Positions 1-12,750 of a stretch of 64,000 nucleotides of DNA are shown in pieces. The notes beneath the pieces are model-generated. The model was not told the DNA's origin and ran no database searches. It worked only from the letters and a program-made list of their open reading frames with translations. Each line of letters opens with the position of its first letter. Within the stretch, counting starts at the first letter, position 1. Source of the DNA: Octopus vulgaris (Eukaryota); contig OX597815.1 of assembly GCA_951406725.2 (NCBI GenBank), positions 72,726,001 to 72,790,000 of the forward strand, read 5' to 3'. Both the position numbers and the translations under genes were made by a program.

Positions 1-125
1 CCAATAAACTTGCCAGTATATATATATATATATATATTGCGCGCACACGCCTTTAACAATAATAATATTCATAAAATTCAAAACGTCCCTGAAGAAATGA
101 CTTATGTGACCACAACCATTTATTC

Positions 126-330
126 TGGCAGAATCGTTAGCACGCAGGGTGAAATGCTTAGCGCCATTTCGTCCGTCTGAGTTCAAATTCCACCGAGGCC
201 GACTATGCCTTTCATCTTTTCGGGCTCGATAAAATAAGTACCAGTTGAGCACTGGAGTCGATGTAATCAACTTCTCTCTCCCCACAAATTTCAGGCCATG
301 GGCCTATAGTAGAAAGGATTATTATTATTA
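126..330 (+). mobile_element. tRNA-derived SINE, family A
   Basis: A-box-like TGGCAGAATCG, B-box GAGTTCAAATTCC, conserved core gcctttcatc.tttcggg..cgataaaataagtaccagt and (ATT)n tail. Confidence 0.85.
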
Positions 331-600
331 TAACTATAACAATGGTTATTAATTATTAATCATGTTATATAACAAAGATAATCGTATCATATAATTTGCT
401 GCTAATAATAATTAGGTGATTGTTGAACATTCATGATACTCATCGATCGAAATGGCTGTAAAAGCAAAATAAAGTTGTGGAATATGATGGGATATTGCGT
501 CTTTTTAATTTCTTAAAGTTCCTAAACCTAACGTTTGAAAGATCTTTTCAAGTTGAAAATGCCTCAAGTATTACAGGGGAGGGGGACAATTTGTTCTTCA

Positions 601-1224
601 TCTATTATATAAAATCCGTTCTGTCTGTGTGTGTCTTCTAGGATCTCGGGCATCCTCCATCCCATTGCACTCAAATTTGATATGTTGATACCGACGGTAT
701 CAAGGCGTGTATAAGTCTCGAAAAAAATTTAAAAAATCGAATTCCAGGTGAGAATGCGATCGATAAAGCCGTGGGAACGTGCATTTGTACGCGCAATTAC
801 ATCAGCTGTTGCGATCGATACTACGCGTACGCGAGAAAAATGCACGTGCAGTTTGCGCAAAAAAAAAAAAAAGCCGGCTGGTTTGAAATAATGCCACAAA
901 ATGGGACGGTCGGACAAGTTTTGAGAAAATTTGGTTTAAATGTTTGCCTTCTCAGTACCGTCCATTGGACGGAGGGGGGACGTTTTGCTCGTTATAACAT
1001 ATTTAGAAGAGCAATTATGTGCTTGTCGAATGTACATTGAAGCGAAAACCGAAAAATCGGCGCGGTTTAAATTGTTCTGCACTGAATTACAGATATTCTA
1101 TTGACATTCTCACTGTCACAACAGCAGTGATTGACCAGTTTATTGAAAGCCTGTAACAAATGTTGCATAAATCACCTCGCGGAATTAGCTGTTAAAATAC
1201 TGCCTGAAACTCGGCAAATACTTG
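601..1224 (+). mobile_element. Probable non-autonomous Helitron
   Basis: Starts A|TCTATTATATAAAA followed by ctgtctgtgtgtgtc, a common 5' signature of non-autonomous Helitrons. Possible 3' end: short hairpin tgcc...ggca then CTTG|T. The 3' boundary is uncertain. Confidence 0.5.
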
Positions 1225-4044
1225 TATTGGCGCTTACCCTTAAGAATGGATAGCATTCGACTTCCCACATAAAAACGATCGAATTTACACGGAGTGTGAA
1301 TAGAGATTTTGTGTCTAGGATAAAACCGAATTTTACACTGGAAATATATGGAAGTTATTTTGAGCTTTTAAGTACGAACAGTAAAATTTCCTTCTAATTG
1401 GGCACAGGCCAGCAATTCTGAAAGGAAAGATTCCACTGACCAGTGCTTAATAGATACTTTATTCTATCGATCTACGAAATTATGTAAGTCAAAAATGACT
1501 TCGGTGGGATTTGAACTCCGGATATAAAGAGCCGGAACAAATAACGCTCAAAAATTTTGCCAGCTCACCGGAAGAGGCCTATTGCTGACTGAGCACCGGA
1601 TTAAAATGGGGAGCTGATAACAGGAAAACTTAGGGGTTTCCCCTCGATTTGTAGAACTATTGTTGGTCATTGAGCCAACCATCTTATTTGTTCATATAAG
1701 AAATGAATATGCAAACTTTCTACTAACAAACCAAACACTTCAGATTAAACGCCAAAATAGCCTTGCACATGCTGTTTTGTATATAAAAATTTGTTGTTAA
1801 AGGCTTTCGGCTTCAACAATTTAATACCTCCTCACATTGCTAGTTTAGCTCAGTTAATAAATGGTTTATGTTATACTAAGTCTAAGACTTACAACATGCT
1901 AGAAGCTTTATTCTACAACAAAGAGATAAGGCGACTAATTGGCGAAGTCGTTGAAGTGTCCGATGGAACAGTTTGCAATATCTGTTCTGATATCCAGTGT
2001 TCTGAGTTCAAATCCCGCTAACGTCAATTATGCTTTTTAGTCCTTTCGGGGTCAATAAAACAGTGTAGTGGTTTAATATAACTGTAAAAATACTTTACGG
2101 TATTTCTCCGACTTTTTTTTTCTCTGGACATATTTTTTTTTCAGCATTCCTGGTTCAAATGCCACCACGGCTTATTTTACCCGTCGCATGGTTTAACGTT
2201 ACCATCTGGCACCTTGAGTGCCTTTAGTGAAATCCTCTCGGTTTCAAGCACTCGGGTTATGCTTCCTTTCTGAAAGCACCTCCCTCCCACTAATTTCAAA
2301 GATCCTGTAAAGGGTCGCGGACACTGCTTCCCTCCCGACTAAAAGACAAAAGAAAACAACAACTGGAACAAACACATAATTAAGTTCCTACCATAAGTAA
2401 CCTCACCAAATAAATGAGTTATTCAAATAAAAACATGACAGAGCTTCACAAAAGCATAAATAATCCAAATTCTTAAAATTTCTCTTGCTCTCCTCTCCTT
2501 CCAACACCCCTTAATTATACGACCCTCCCCACACAAAAAGTACTTTTCTTTAAGGAGTTTTATTGCACGTGGATACTAACCAAACCTGTTACCGTCACCA
2601 CCTCTACCACCATTATCAACTTACCGAAAGCTATAACGATTTTTGGTCCCTAACGTTGTAAGTTGTTTGCAACCGAAAAAAAAAAAAAAAAAGGGGTGGA
2701 CCAGAAAAACTTACAATTATATACATCAAACAGGGGCCCCACAAATTTGTATATACCCTAACATATATATATATATATATATATATTTATTATTACACAC
2801 GGCAATTCGAGGCCATCTCACCGCAACAACAAAAATCCTTATGCAATTAATTGAGATGGAACAAAAAAAATGCAGGTTTGGTGGGGCAGACAGCGTGCTG
2901 AAAACCAAGGGCCACGTAACGTTGTAGTACGGCAAAATATTTTAACGATAAATTTGGCGGTGACGGCGGAAGTGGCGGTGATTGACTGCTCCTTTTCTTC
3001 CCATCTCCCCTCCCCCACACAAATATAAAACGCAATTACAGCGTTGAAGCCAGTCATTTTATAGTTTACTTACTGAAATAAAGTAGAAGCCGCACTTAGA
3101 AAGTATAATAGCAGAAAGCCGAAGCTGTTTAATAAAGGTCACATTTAAGACTATCATTTAAAGCAGTTTCATTCCATTTTTAAATATTGTTAGTTATACA
3201 TACATACATACACACACACATATATAAACACACATTTCGACACTACACCGACACACACAGTTTCATTATATACAAGAGTTAATGTTTCACATTAGATAGT
3301 ATGACGAATAAAGAAACGACGGAAGAAAGAACAAGTGAATAAATTAAGTCAAAACAAAAGAAAACAAAAAACAAGTTAACCAAATAAAAAAAAAATAATA
3401 CAAAACGAAGTAAAAAAAAACATGAAGTAGTAAATTTACAAGATCAAAGCCACATTCCTTAAATAACCATGGTTGTTATTCCTTTTTCACTGTTTTAGAT
3501 GTAATTTATCATAAAAAGAAAAAGCAAAGAAGTTGTGTTTTCTGCTTACACAAAGGACTTTTTTTTATATATTCATTTCTTTCTTACTTATTGGTGAGGA
3601 TTATCAAATAAGACGGTAAGGGCTTGTAATCAAACCCATTCTACTCAAAGGGGAAAGGAAAAAAAGAAAACATGAGATAGAAAAGAAAAGAAGAGAGAGA
3701 GGACAAATGAGGGAGGCAATCGGTCTCTTGAGAGAGAGAGAGGAAATGATGAGAAACCGGAGTAGCCTACAAAGAGAAAAGTGCCACTGATTCTGAGCAA
3801 GATAAGAAATAAACAAAATGGTAAAAAAGATGAAATAAAATAGGAGGAAGGGAATCAGAAGACACTGCTTGCATTAAAACCAAGCCATATTTTCAAAACG
3901 TTCTGTGGAGAGAAGAAAAACATGAAAGAAATAAGCGAAACTTTTTCTCTACCATTTCCACCCATTTTGGGGAGGGAAAGAGAGAGGTCTTATTTACCAT
4001 TTTATTAAATACTCGCACCACTGTTAATTATTATTATTATTATT

Positions 4045-4261
4045 GTCGAGCTGGCAGAATCCTTACGCGCTGGACGAAATGCTTATCGGTATTTCGCCCT
4101 TCGCTCCGTTCCGAGTTCAAATTCCGCCGAGGTCGACTTTGCCTTTCATCCTTTCAGGGTCGATGAAATAAGCACTAGATGAACACTGGGGTCAATGGAA
4201 TTGACTTATCCCTCCCCCAAAATTGCTGTCCTTGTGGCAAAATTCGAAGCCCATTATTATT

Positions 4262-4295
<34 letters not shown>

Positions 4296-4930
4296 TTATT
4301 ACAGCGACGAGGAGCTTGGGCAACGCCGCAGCGGAAGAAATGCATTGCGGATATTATTTCACCCGGCTTTTTACGTTCCGAGTTCAAAATACGACCAAAG
4401 CCAACTAAGTCTTTCATTCCATTTGTGGTCGAGAAAACCAAGTACCAGTCAAGTACTGGGGTCGATCTAATCGACTGTCCATTTCTCCCCATGTAATTGC
4501 TGTTCTTGTGACAAATTTGAAACGAAAGTAACGAGCTGACAGAATTGTTGGGGCGTCGAACAGAATATGCCATGTTGGATTTTTTTCTAATTCTTTTACG
4601 TTCTGAGTTCAAATGCCGCCGAGGTCGAATTTGCCTTTCATCCTTTGGGAGTTGATAAAATAAGTACCAGTTCAGGACTGGTGTCGAGGTAATCGACTTA
4701 CCCCTCCCCCAAAACTATTATTATTATAATAGCGGCGAACTGGCAGAATCGTTTGAACGCCGGACAAAATGCTTAGCGGCATTTCGTCCGTCTTTACGTT
4801 CTGAATTCAAAGTGCGCCGAGGTCGACTTTGCCATTCATGTTTTCAGGGTCGATTAAATAAGTGCCAGTTTAGCACTGGGGTCAATGGAAACGACTAGCT
4901 CCCTCCCCAAAATTTCAGTATTATTATTTA
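4045..4930 (+). mobile_element. Head-to-tail array of four family-A SINEs
   Basis: Four repeats of gagct.gcagaa...gagttcaaa...cctttcatcc...aagtaccag, mostly separated by (ATT)n. Confidence 0.85.
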
Positions 4931-5104
4931 TTGTCTCACTGTATTTAGAAGCCAAATTAGAAAGAATTAGAGAGAGGTAAAGGGGGAAAAAACCTAGAAA
5001 AATGGTAAAAGTAACTTCTTTCACACACACACCCACAACAGCGCGCGCGCACTAGAGGGTGTTTGTGCGTGTGTGTGTTTCGTAATTGGCAAACTATAAC
5101 CACC

Positions 5105-6850
5105 AGTGTTTCTCTCATAGGCACAAGGCCAGAAAGTTTATCGTTGAAATCCACCTAAGTACTTGACGGGCGTACAGTCAGTCATAACAACAACAACTTA
5201 GGGAAGATGAAAGAGAAATCTGAATTCGGTGGAATTTAAACGTGGGTGGATAGAACTAAACACACTGCGAGGCATTCAGTCTTTAAACTCGCCGCCAGTA
5301 CAACAATCATATAATAATAATAATAATAATAATGATTTCATTTATTTGTCGCCAGGGCGAAGGATGAGGGCGGGGAATAGAAAGACAGACAAAATGTGGG
5401 GGTTGACATGTAATGAAATGATAAAATAAATAACAAAAAGAAAAGTAAGGGAAATACACAAAAAGAATCCTTTCTACAAAAGGCACAAGGCCTGAAATTT
5501 TTTGGGGAAGAACTTGTCGATTACATCGACACCTACCAACGCTCAACTGGTACTTAATTCGCCAATCCCGAAAGGGTGAAGGGCTAAGACGACATCGGCG
5601 GCATTTGAACTCAGAACGTAAAGTCGGAGGAAATGCTGATAAGCAGTAGTAGTTTCTATTATATGCCTCAAGGACATATATGAGAGGGACATGACAAAAA
5701 CAGACGGCAAGTTATGTAGAGTGGAAGGTGGGGGTCTACATAAAAAGTGAAAGGGGTGGAGAAAGACGGTGAGAGTATACGTAGTATACAAAATATGTAA
5801 ACACATGGACGATGCAGTCCCGTGAATACAGGAAAACCTCCAATTAGAGCCAATCAAAGAACCCCACAGATCCAGGGTTACCTTGACCACCAAAGGTACG
5901 AGTCTTTGCCTAATTGTTGTTCTCCAATCTACAGGCGCAGGAGCAGCAGTTTCGAGGAGGAGGGGAAGTCACTAACATCGACCCCAGTGCTAAACTAGAA
6001 CGTATTTTATCGATCCCGAAAAGAGAGAAGGCAAAGTTGACACCGGCGTTATTTGAACTCCGGACGTTAAAAGAACCGAAAGGAATACTGGTAAGCATTT
6101 TCGTCCGACCTTCTAACGATTCTGCCAAATAATACTATAAACAGATTTAATTCATTGGCCACACGGGCGACAGACGAAAGAGAAGTACGTTTAACGTAAA
6201 GATAAAAAGTGTACATGTCTATACAGAAATCAGATTATAGAGAAAAAAAATGCATATAAAGCACGTGACATAAACAGACCAAATAGAGGTCAACGCCAGA
6301 GAGGATGGCTTCCATTTAGATTTTATGGAGTTCCTTATTGGATCTAAGATCACCCTGACCCCTACAACATGTCCTCCGTCTCCGCCAACTTGCCATTCTC
6401 CGACCTATAAGAGGAACATACAGGTTCCGTTAATGCGGGACATGTTTGCTGCTGTATGTAACCCATCGTTTAGAAAATTAACTGGAGGAGGGCATCCACC
6501 ATTACCTCTCCACTTTCATTTTCCTTTCCGAGTAGAACTTTCAAGGTCCAACCAAGGAAAACAACCATCCAAGATCTCCTTGAACACTGGGGGCAAATGC
6601 CCTTTACAGTTTTGCATTCCGATTTAGCAGGCTTTGCTAAATGATGGTAATAATAATGCTTTAAATTTTTGGCACAACGCCAACAATAGTTTTAAAGGAG
6701 AGTTGGTATATGTTGATACCCTCGACCTCAGTACTTGTCTGGGACTTTATTTTATCGACGTAGAAAAGATGAAAGACAAAGTTATTTTCGGTGGTATTTG
6801 AACTCAGAACGTAAACAGCCGGAGTAAAATAGCGCAAAGTATTTCACCCA
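5105..6850 (-). mobile_element. Cluster of about four family-A SINEs in reverse orientation
   Basis: Reverse-complement motifs ggcacaaggcc, tttatcga..ccgaaagg.tgaaagg and atttgaactc at about 5105-5300, 5465-5645, 5915-6130 and 6655-6850. Confidence 0.75.
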
Positions 6851-8089
6851 ACAATAAATAAAGGGCACAAGCAAAATGAGCAGCAAACTGAGTATTCTAT
6901 AATTTTACACAACACAAGCGAGCCAATAAGGGAATCTCTATGTGGTAGCTCGAAATGCAAGAAATAACAGTCAAATCTACAGATCACAACCTTAAAATAG
7001 GATACATAAGATAACGTAATACAAGATGGGCTTCGACCTTAAAACAAGACAGGACAGTCATGGATGGAAATACTTTTGATAATAGGTTTATTTGATCACA
7101 CCAATCTAGGGGTTTTATATAAGAACTTTTATGCAGTCCAAAAATAGATTTTAAAAAATCTTTTAGGAGGGAAGGGCAAGTATCCTTGACCTTCTGAATG
7201 TTTGCACCAGAATACACACAAGATGCCTGACGGTGGTGGTTGCGATAATGTTAAAATGGGCTTCAGATTTAAGACGACTAACCATGAAGGCCATGGTAAT
7301 ATTTGAACGCAGAATGCAGAAAGCCGGCACAAATGACACAAGTGTCTGACGTTCTTAGTGTCTATTAGCTACATGAGCTATGCTGTTCTAAGCAAGACAC
7401 TTTTGATTTAATAACGATAAACAAACTACAGTCTACACAAGATAGAGAGAGAGAATCTTAATTTTACAAATACATAGTTAGGCACAGGTGCAGCAGTGTG
7501 GTTAAGAAGCTTGCTTCCCAACCATGTGGTTTCAGTTTCAGTCCCACTGCTTGGCATTTTGGGTAAATATCTACTACTGAAGCCCTGAACAACTTTGAGT
7601 AGATTTGGTAGATGACAACTGAAAGAAGCCGAGAAGCCTATCGTATATGCATTATTTGTGTGCTTCGTGTTTTCAAAGAAACCTGTATCTGGCCACAGAG
7701 AAGGGAATATCACCTTGCTTTGGAAATAAGTGAGGGTTAACAACAGGTGGAGCCTCCGGTTGTAGTAAATCTGCCTAAACAGGCATGGAAAAGTGGGGGT
7801 TAAAAACGACAATGTAATATTAATTTAACTGTTTGGCCTTAAGACATAACACACAGGCAGTTTCGAATTTGAATGCAGGAAAGGATAGACTTTTTTTTGT
7901 TTGCCGTCCCCGAATCCATGAGTGGCAAATGGTCACCCCATAACACCAGCTCCAAATACTGGTAGAAAAAAATTTTTTTACAACAAATATGGTAGCACAA
8001 GAAACAGAAAAATTCAACATTGAATTTAATATAACACAAACACTTAACTAAACAACCCCCTAAAAACACACACAAGGAAAACAAACAAT

Positions 8090-9060
8090 GATATCTTTGA
8101 ATTTTGGCACAACACCAGCAATTTTAAGTGAGTATATAAGTTGATTGCATCAACCCCAGTGTTCAACTATTACTTATTTTATCGATTCCGAAAGGATGAA
8201 AGGCAGTCAACTGTGGCAAAATTTGAACACAGAATATAAAGAGTTGGAAAAAATGCTAAGCATCATTTTGTCTGACATGCTAATGATTCTGCCAGTGAAC
8301 CACCTTATAGAAAACAAGCAATAATAAATATTGCACAAATCTCAAAAAAAAAAAAAAAAAAAATCCACACTGCCTAGAAGTAGTATAGTAAATAAAATGA
8401 AAAATAAATAAAAATAAAAAGCATGAAGTTGCTGAAAATACAATATGTGTGTGTATGTACATACCACTTAGGTACAAGGTCATATTTTTAAGGTGGAGAA
8501 GAAGGCGGGAGTACTTGACTAGTCTCTTATTTAAACTGACCTCAGGGGGTCATTTAAGCTCAGAATATAAAGCCTTGAGAGTAGATTTGGTAGACAGAAA
8601 GTAAAAGTCCATTGTATGCATATATGTAGGGGGGGTGGGTGTATTGTGCGTCTGTCTTGGTGTTTGAGTTTGTACCCCACTGCCACTTGACAACCAGAGT
8701 TGGTGTGTTTACGACCCTGTAACTTAGCAGTTTGGCAAAAGAGTACAATAGAATAAGTACAAGCCTTAGCAAAAAATTAGTACTAGGGTTGATTCATTTG
8801 ACTAAAAATTAAAAAAAATTTATCTAGAACTACCAACTATACCAGTCATTATCCTAATAATTGTTTGCAGCACAGAGACATGGGGCCTGAAATTTTGTTT
8901 ATCAGGGATTTAGTCAATTCCATTGACCTCAGTGCCCAACTGGGACTGGTACTTTATCTTACTGACCCCTGAAAGGATGGAATGCAAAGTTGACCTTGGA
9001 AAAGATTGATGCCCGAATGTAAAAAGAGTTTCAACAAATACTGCAAGGCATTTCCACCCA
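8090..9060 (-). mobile_element. Two family-A SINEs (about 8090-8310 and 8870-9060), with a + strand family-B 3' part between them
   Basis: Same diagnostic motifs, CpG-decayed. Confidence 0.75.
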
Positions 9061-10453
9061 ATCAAATACCCTCGTAATTTTGTCAAATACATCACCAATA
9101 ACAACAATGGAAATAAGCCAATTATTTAGGGCTATTTTCACCCAATTTCGTTATTCTGAGTTGAAGAAATTAAACTCAGACTTTGCTTGGGCCTTAAGTT
9201 GATCAAATTTTGACAACGCTTTCGTTGTAATACAGATGGCTCTCTTCATTTTAGTTAACGAAGCCTAACCTTAGTTAAATCAAATTTGGATAACTATTAT
9301 ATAATGCCTCAATTCATTATATTTAACGAAGCATAACTTGGATAAATGAAAGCATACTGCTGTTGATATTCAATGGAGATTTGAGATTTAGTCCACAAAG
9401 GATTTTAAAATCAGCAGGATTTTCAGAAATTTGATTAGGGATATAAAACATCAAACATTATTATCGTGGTAAGTTATCAGCAAATGGAGCCCACAAAAGA
9501 TTCAGCACCCATCTGGAACCACTTTGACTAACAAACCCACTTGAGGGGGGAAGTACATCTCTCGGGAATTCTCTGCCTCGCATTGTTAATAAATCTGAGA
9601 TATTCCTATACTTAATTAGGGAAATTATCAATGTCATTATCATTATATTTATCGTCATGGCTGCCATGCTGGAGACAGTGATTGCATGTCTACAACATAA
9701 AACTTTTATAGCTCTTTAGGGGTGGAAAATTAATTTTGTGTTTATATGCTAAAAGCCATTATGCTGTACTTTTGTAGGCAGCAAAACTGGCAGAATCATT
9801 GAATCATTGGATAAAATGCTTTGTGATATTTGTTTGAGATTTTTACATTTGGAGTTCAAATCCTGCCAAGGACAATTTTGCCTTTCATTTTTTTTTTATC
9901 TGGAGTCAATAAAATGAAATACAAGTACTGGAGTTGATGGTCTCAGCTAAATACTTATTCCTCAAAGTTGCTGGACTTGTACTTAAATCAGAAACCCTGA
10001 AACTACTTTTGATAATACATTTAAACTAGTCTTCAAAATATCTTTTATGAAAACAGCCCCACTGTATCTTAGACAGAAAAGAAATTTCAGTCATAAATTG
10101 TCAAGAAGAAACAACTTTCATTGGGTCCTGCAAGAGAGAGATGCTTAGGTCAAGACTCATAAGGGTGGGGCTTAACTTGGATTGCATGACATATAATAGG
10201 TTACAACACTTGCCCCTGGACAGGACAATAGTCCATTGCAGGGTTAACTTCCCAGCTATTGTTGAAACTTATTTATAGCTGAGTGGACAGGAACACTATC
10301 AAATGAAGTGTTTTACTCAAGAACGACGCACTGCCCAGTCTGGGAATCGACACCACAATCTTACAATCATGAGTACAATGCCCTAACCACAAGGTTACAT
10401 GCTTTCACAATAGAGAGATGAGAAATACTGAATTACTAAAGTGCTGTACTTAC

Positions 10454-11133
10454 TTCTCAGTGGTTGGTGCCGAAAGGTTTGGTACTGATGGTAACGTATC
10501 CTTTTCATAAATGGTACTAATCCCACTATCGATATTACTGCTAGCATCTGAATGTTTGCGAACACTGGACTTTCGCACATGACTCCGGCCACGTTCCGAA
10601 TCCTTGTGTGCAAGATGATAGTCTGGGTGATTTCGAGTTACAGCCTCGCCCATGTAGCACAACATACTGTGCTTCTGTGCTTCATGTTCAATTTGTTGCC
10701 GGCTCTTTCCTTCCCGTGAACTGTGGTGGTGGTGGTGGTGGTGATGATAAATGGTGGTCTCCTGTGAATGATGACCGCCGATTGACTTTTCTTCACCCAC
10801 ACCACTGTCATATGACCACATTGAATTTAAGTCCTTGTCTTTCTTCTTGTAGAGAGCGTGCACCTTGGAAGCAAGTGCTGGCACTGGAACGGAAGGCATA
10901 CCAGGCACCATGGCTTTACGGTGTGCACGTTCAGGAGATTTGGGTTTCGGAGAATGACCGCCCGGAGAGCGAAATGGCGTCTGCTGGGCAGAACTCTCCC
11001 ATATCCGCGAGCAGTGCTCCTCTAAGATACTATCCGCTAGCTCATCATCAATGGGCACAATTGGAATAAGTGGGGGTAGCTTTGATGAAGCTGTGACATT
11101 AGCAAGGTTTTTACTCTCTTCAATATCATTGCT
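10454..11133 (-). CDS. Axin: Axin coding exon with beta-catenin-binding motif and His run (680 nt, phase 0 to phase 2)
   Basis: Acceptor ctatttcag and donor AA|GTAAGT, within ORF 10450..11184. DDELADSILEEHCSRIW matches the Axin beta-catenin-binding helix (E..PESILDEHVQRV). It is followed by an SP/TP-rich stretch and a His-rich run, as in vertebrate Axins. Confidence 0.95.
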
Positions 11134-11792
11134 CTGAAATAGAAAGCAAATAGGATGATTATGTAAAATCACACTTGGTTTCAAATAAAAAAAAAAGAAA
11201 AAGAAAAAATCAGATTATATATAGGTTGATAAAACATATTGTGAAAACTAAGAGTTCTATATTTTACACAAGAGTCTAAATAAAGTATTGGAGAGAAACA
11301 TAGGGGTCTTCAGTTTCAACGTTGACAAAACAAGACATCCAACCACATAAGCCATGCCAAAAATGAGACACTGGAGGAAGACCTGGCCCTCCATCCTGGT
11401 AAATCATGTCAAGCCATCATGGAAGGTGGATGTAAAATGACCAACATGACCATGATGATAAGATCATGTATGCTCAAAGAATTGGGCAAACTTTGAAAGG
11501 TTAAAAGTTATTTATCTCACCACCATGAAAGATGAAAATAAAAGTTGTAATGTTCACTATTGATAAAACTGATTAAAGAAAAAGTGGATGGCGTGGGGAG
11601 GGAGGGGAAATAACACAGCTTTGCAATCAGAATGGTGTTAAGAAATCAAAGCACACCAAGATCCATCGGATTCTGTGTAGTGATGATCTAAATATAATAA
11701 ACAGATATTGATCAAACATGTATCAATGAGACGAAAGGCAATACAGACGTGGAGAAGGAAGGTGAAAGAGAAAGACAGTAATGCAAACCTAC

Positions 11793-11939
11793 CTCACTGA
11801 TGCAACGAATACTCTCCCTCAACTTCTCATCTCTTTCTTGTTCCAAGTGAACCTTTTCTAATCTCTCGATTAACATGGATGCAAACTTTTCAGTGTCAAC
11901 TTCTGCAATGTTACGGTCTTTTGGTGCTCGGTCAGTTCT
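11793..11939 (-). CDS. Axin: Axin coding exon with GSK3-binding helix (147 nt, phase 0 to phase 0)
   Basis: Acceptor tttacag and donor GAG|GTAGGT. Encodes RTDRAPKDRNIAEVDTEKFASMLIERLEKVHLEQERDEKLRESIRCISE; DTEKFASMLIERLEKV matches the Axin GSK3-interaction motif EPQKFAEELIHRLEAV. Not listed in the ORF track; translated by hand. Confidence 0.95.
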
Positions 11940-12054
11940 CTGTAAACGTAGGAATTAAAAAACAATTATGGTCAAAACTACAAAGAAACAAGACATCCAA
12001 CAGTAAACACTTCATAAGAGATTATTATTATTATTATCATAATAAAGATAACTA

Positions 12055-12750
12055 TGAGGTAATCATTAGATCATCAGATAGAATGCCTTGCAGTATATGT
12101 ACATTCTGGCTTTCTGCACTCTGGATTCAAATGCTGCTGAGACCAACTTTGTCTTTCATCGTTTCGGGGTTGATAAATTAAGTACCAGTGAAACACTAGG
12201 GTTCATGTAATCAACTAGTCACCACCCCGAAAATTTCAAGCCTTGTGCCTTTAGTAGAAAAGATTATTATTATTATTGAAGGTGGTAAGCTGGCAGAATT
12301 GTTAGCATGCCAGATGAAATGCTTAGCTGTATTTTGCCTATCACTACATTCCGAGTTCAAATTCTACTGAGGTTGATTTTACCATTCATCCCTTCTGGGT
12401 CGATAAAATAAGTACCAGTTGAACAATGGAGTCAATGTAATCGACTCATTCCCTCCCCCCAAATTGCTGCCCTTGTAGCAAAATTTGAAGCCATTATTAT
12501 TATGGCAAGCTGGGCTAACAATTCTGCCAGCTTGCCATCTTTGCGCATACCTTCCATGCTGGCAAAATGCTAAGTGGTAGTTTGTCTGCCACTATGTTCT
12601 GAGTTTAAATTCCGTTGAGGTCAACTTTGCCTTTCAACCTTTTGGGGGTCAATTAAGTACCAGTGAAACATTAGGGGTCAATGTAATAGAGTAACCCCTT
12701 CCACCAAAATTTCAAGCCTTGTGCCTTTAGTAGAAAGGATTATTATTATG
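12055..12750 (+). mobile_element. Head-to-tail array of three family-A SINEs
   Basis: Three units joined by (ATT)n tails; CpG-decayed. Confidence 0.85.

Noticed and set aside
2625-2726. ATG-initiated minus-strand mini-exon ending at CG|GTAAGT
   Set aside because: As assembled it ends in phase 0, whereas the next Axin exon should start in phase 2, and it crosses a long T homopolymer. Kept only as a possible non-coding exon.
6325-6627. 100-aa ORF or possible next Axin exon
   Set aside because: No recognisable Axin C-terminal or DIX similarity in the frames I read, and no convincing splice pair.
10608-11069. 153-aa plus-strand ORF
   Set aside because: Antisense shadow of the Axin exon; the Gly run mirrors the His codons.
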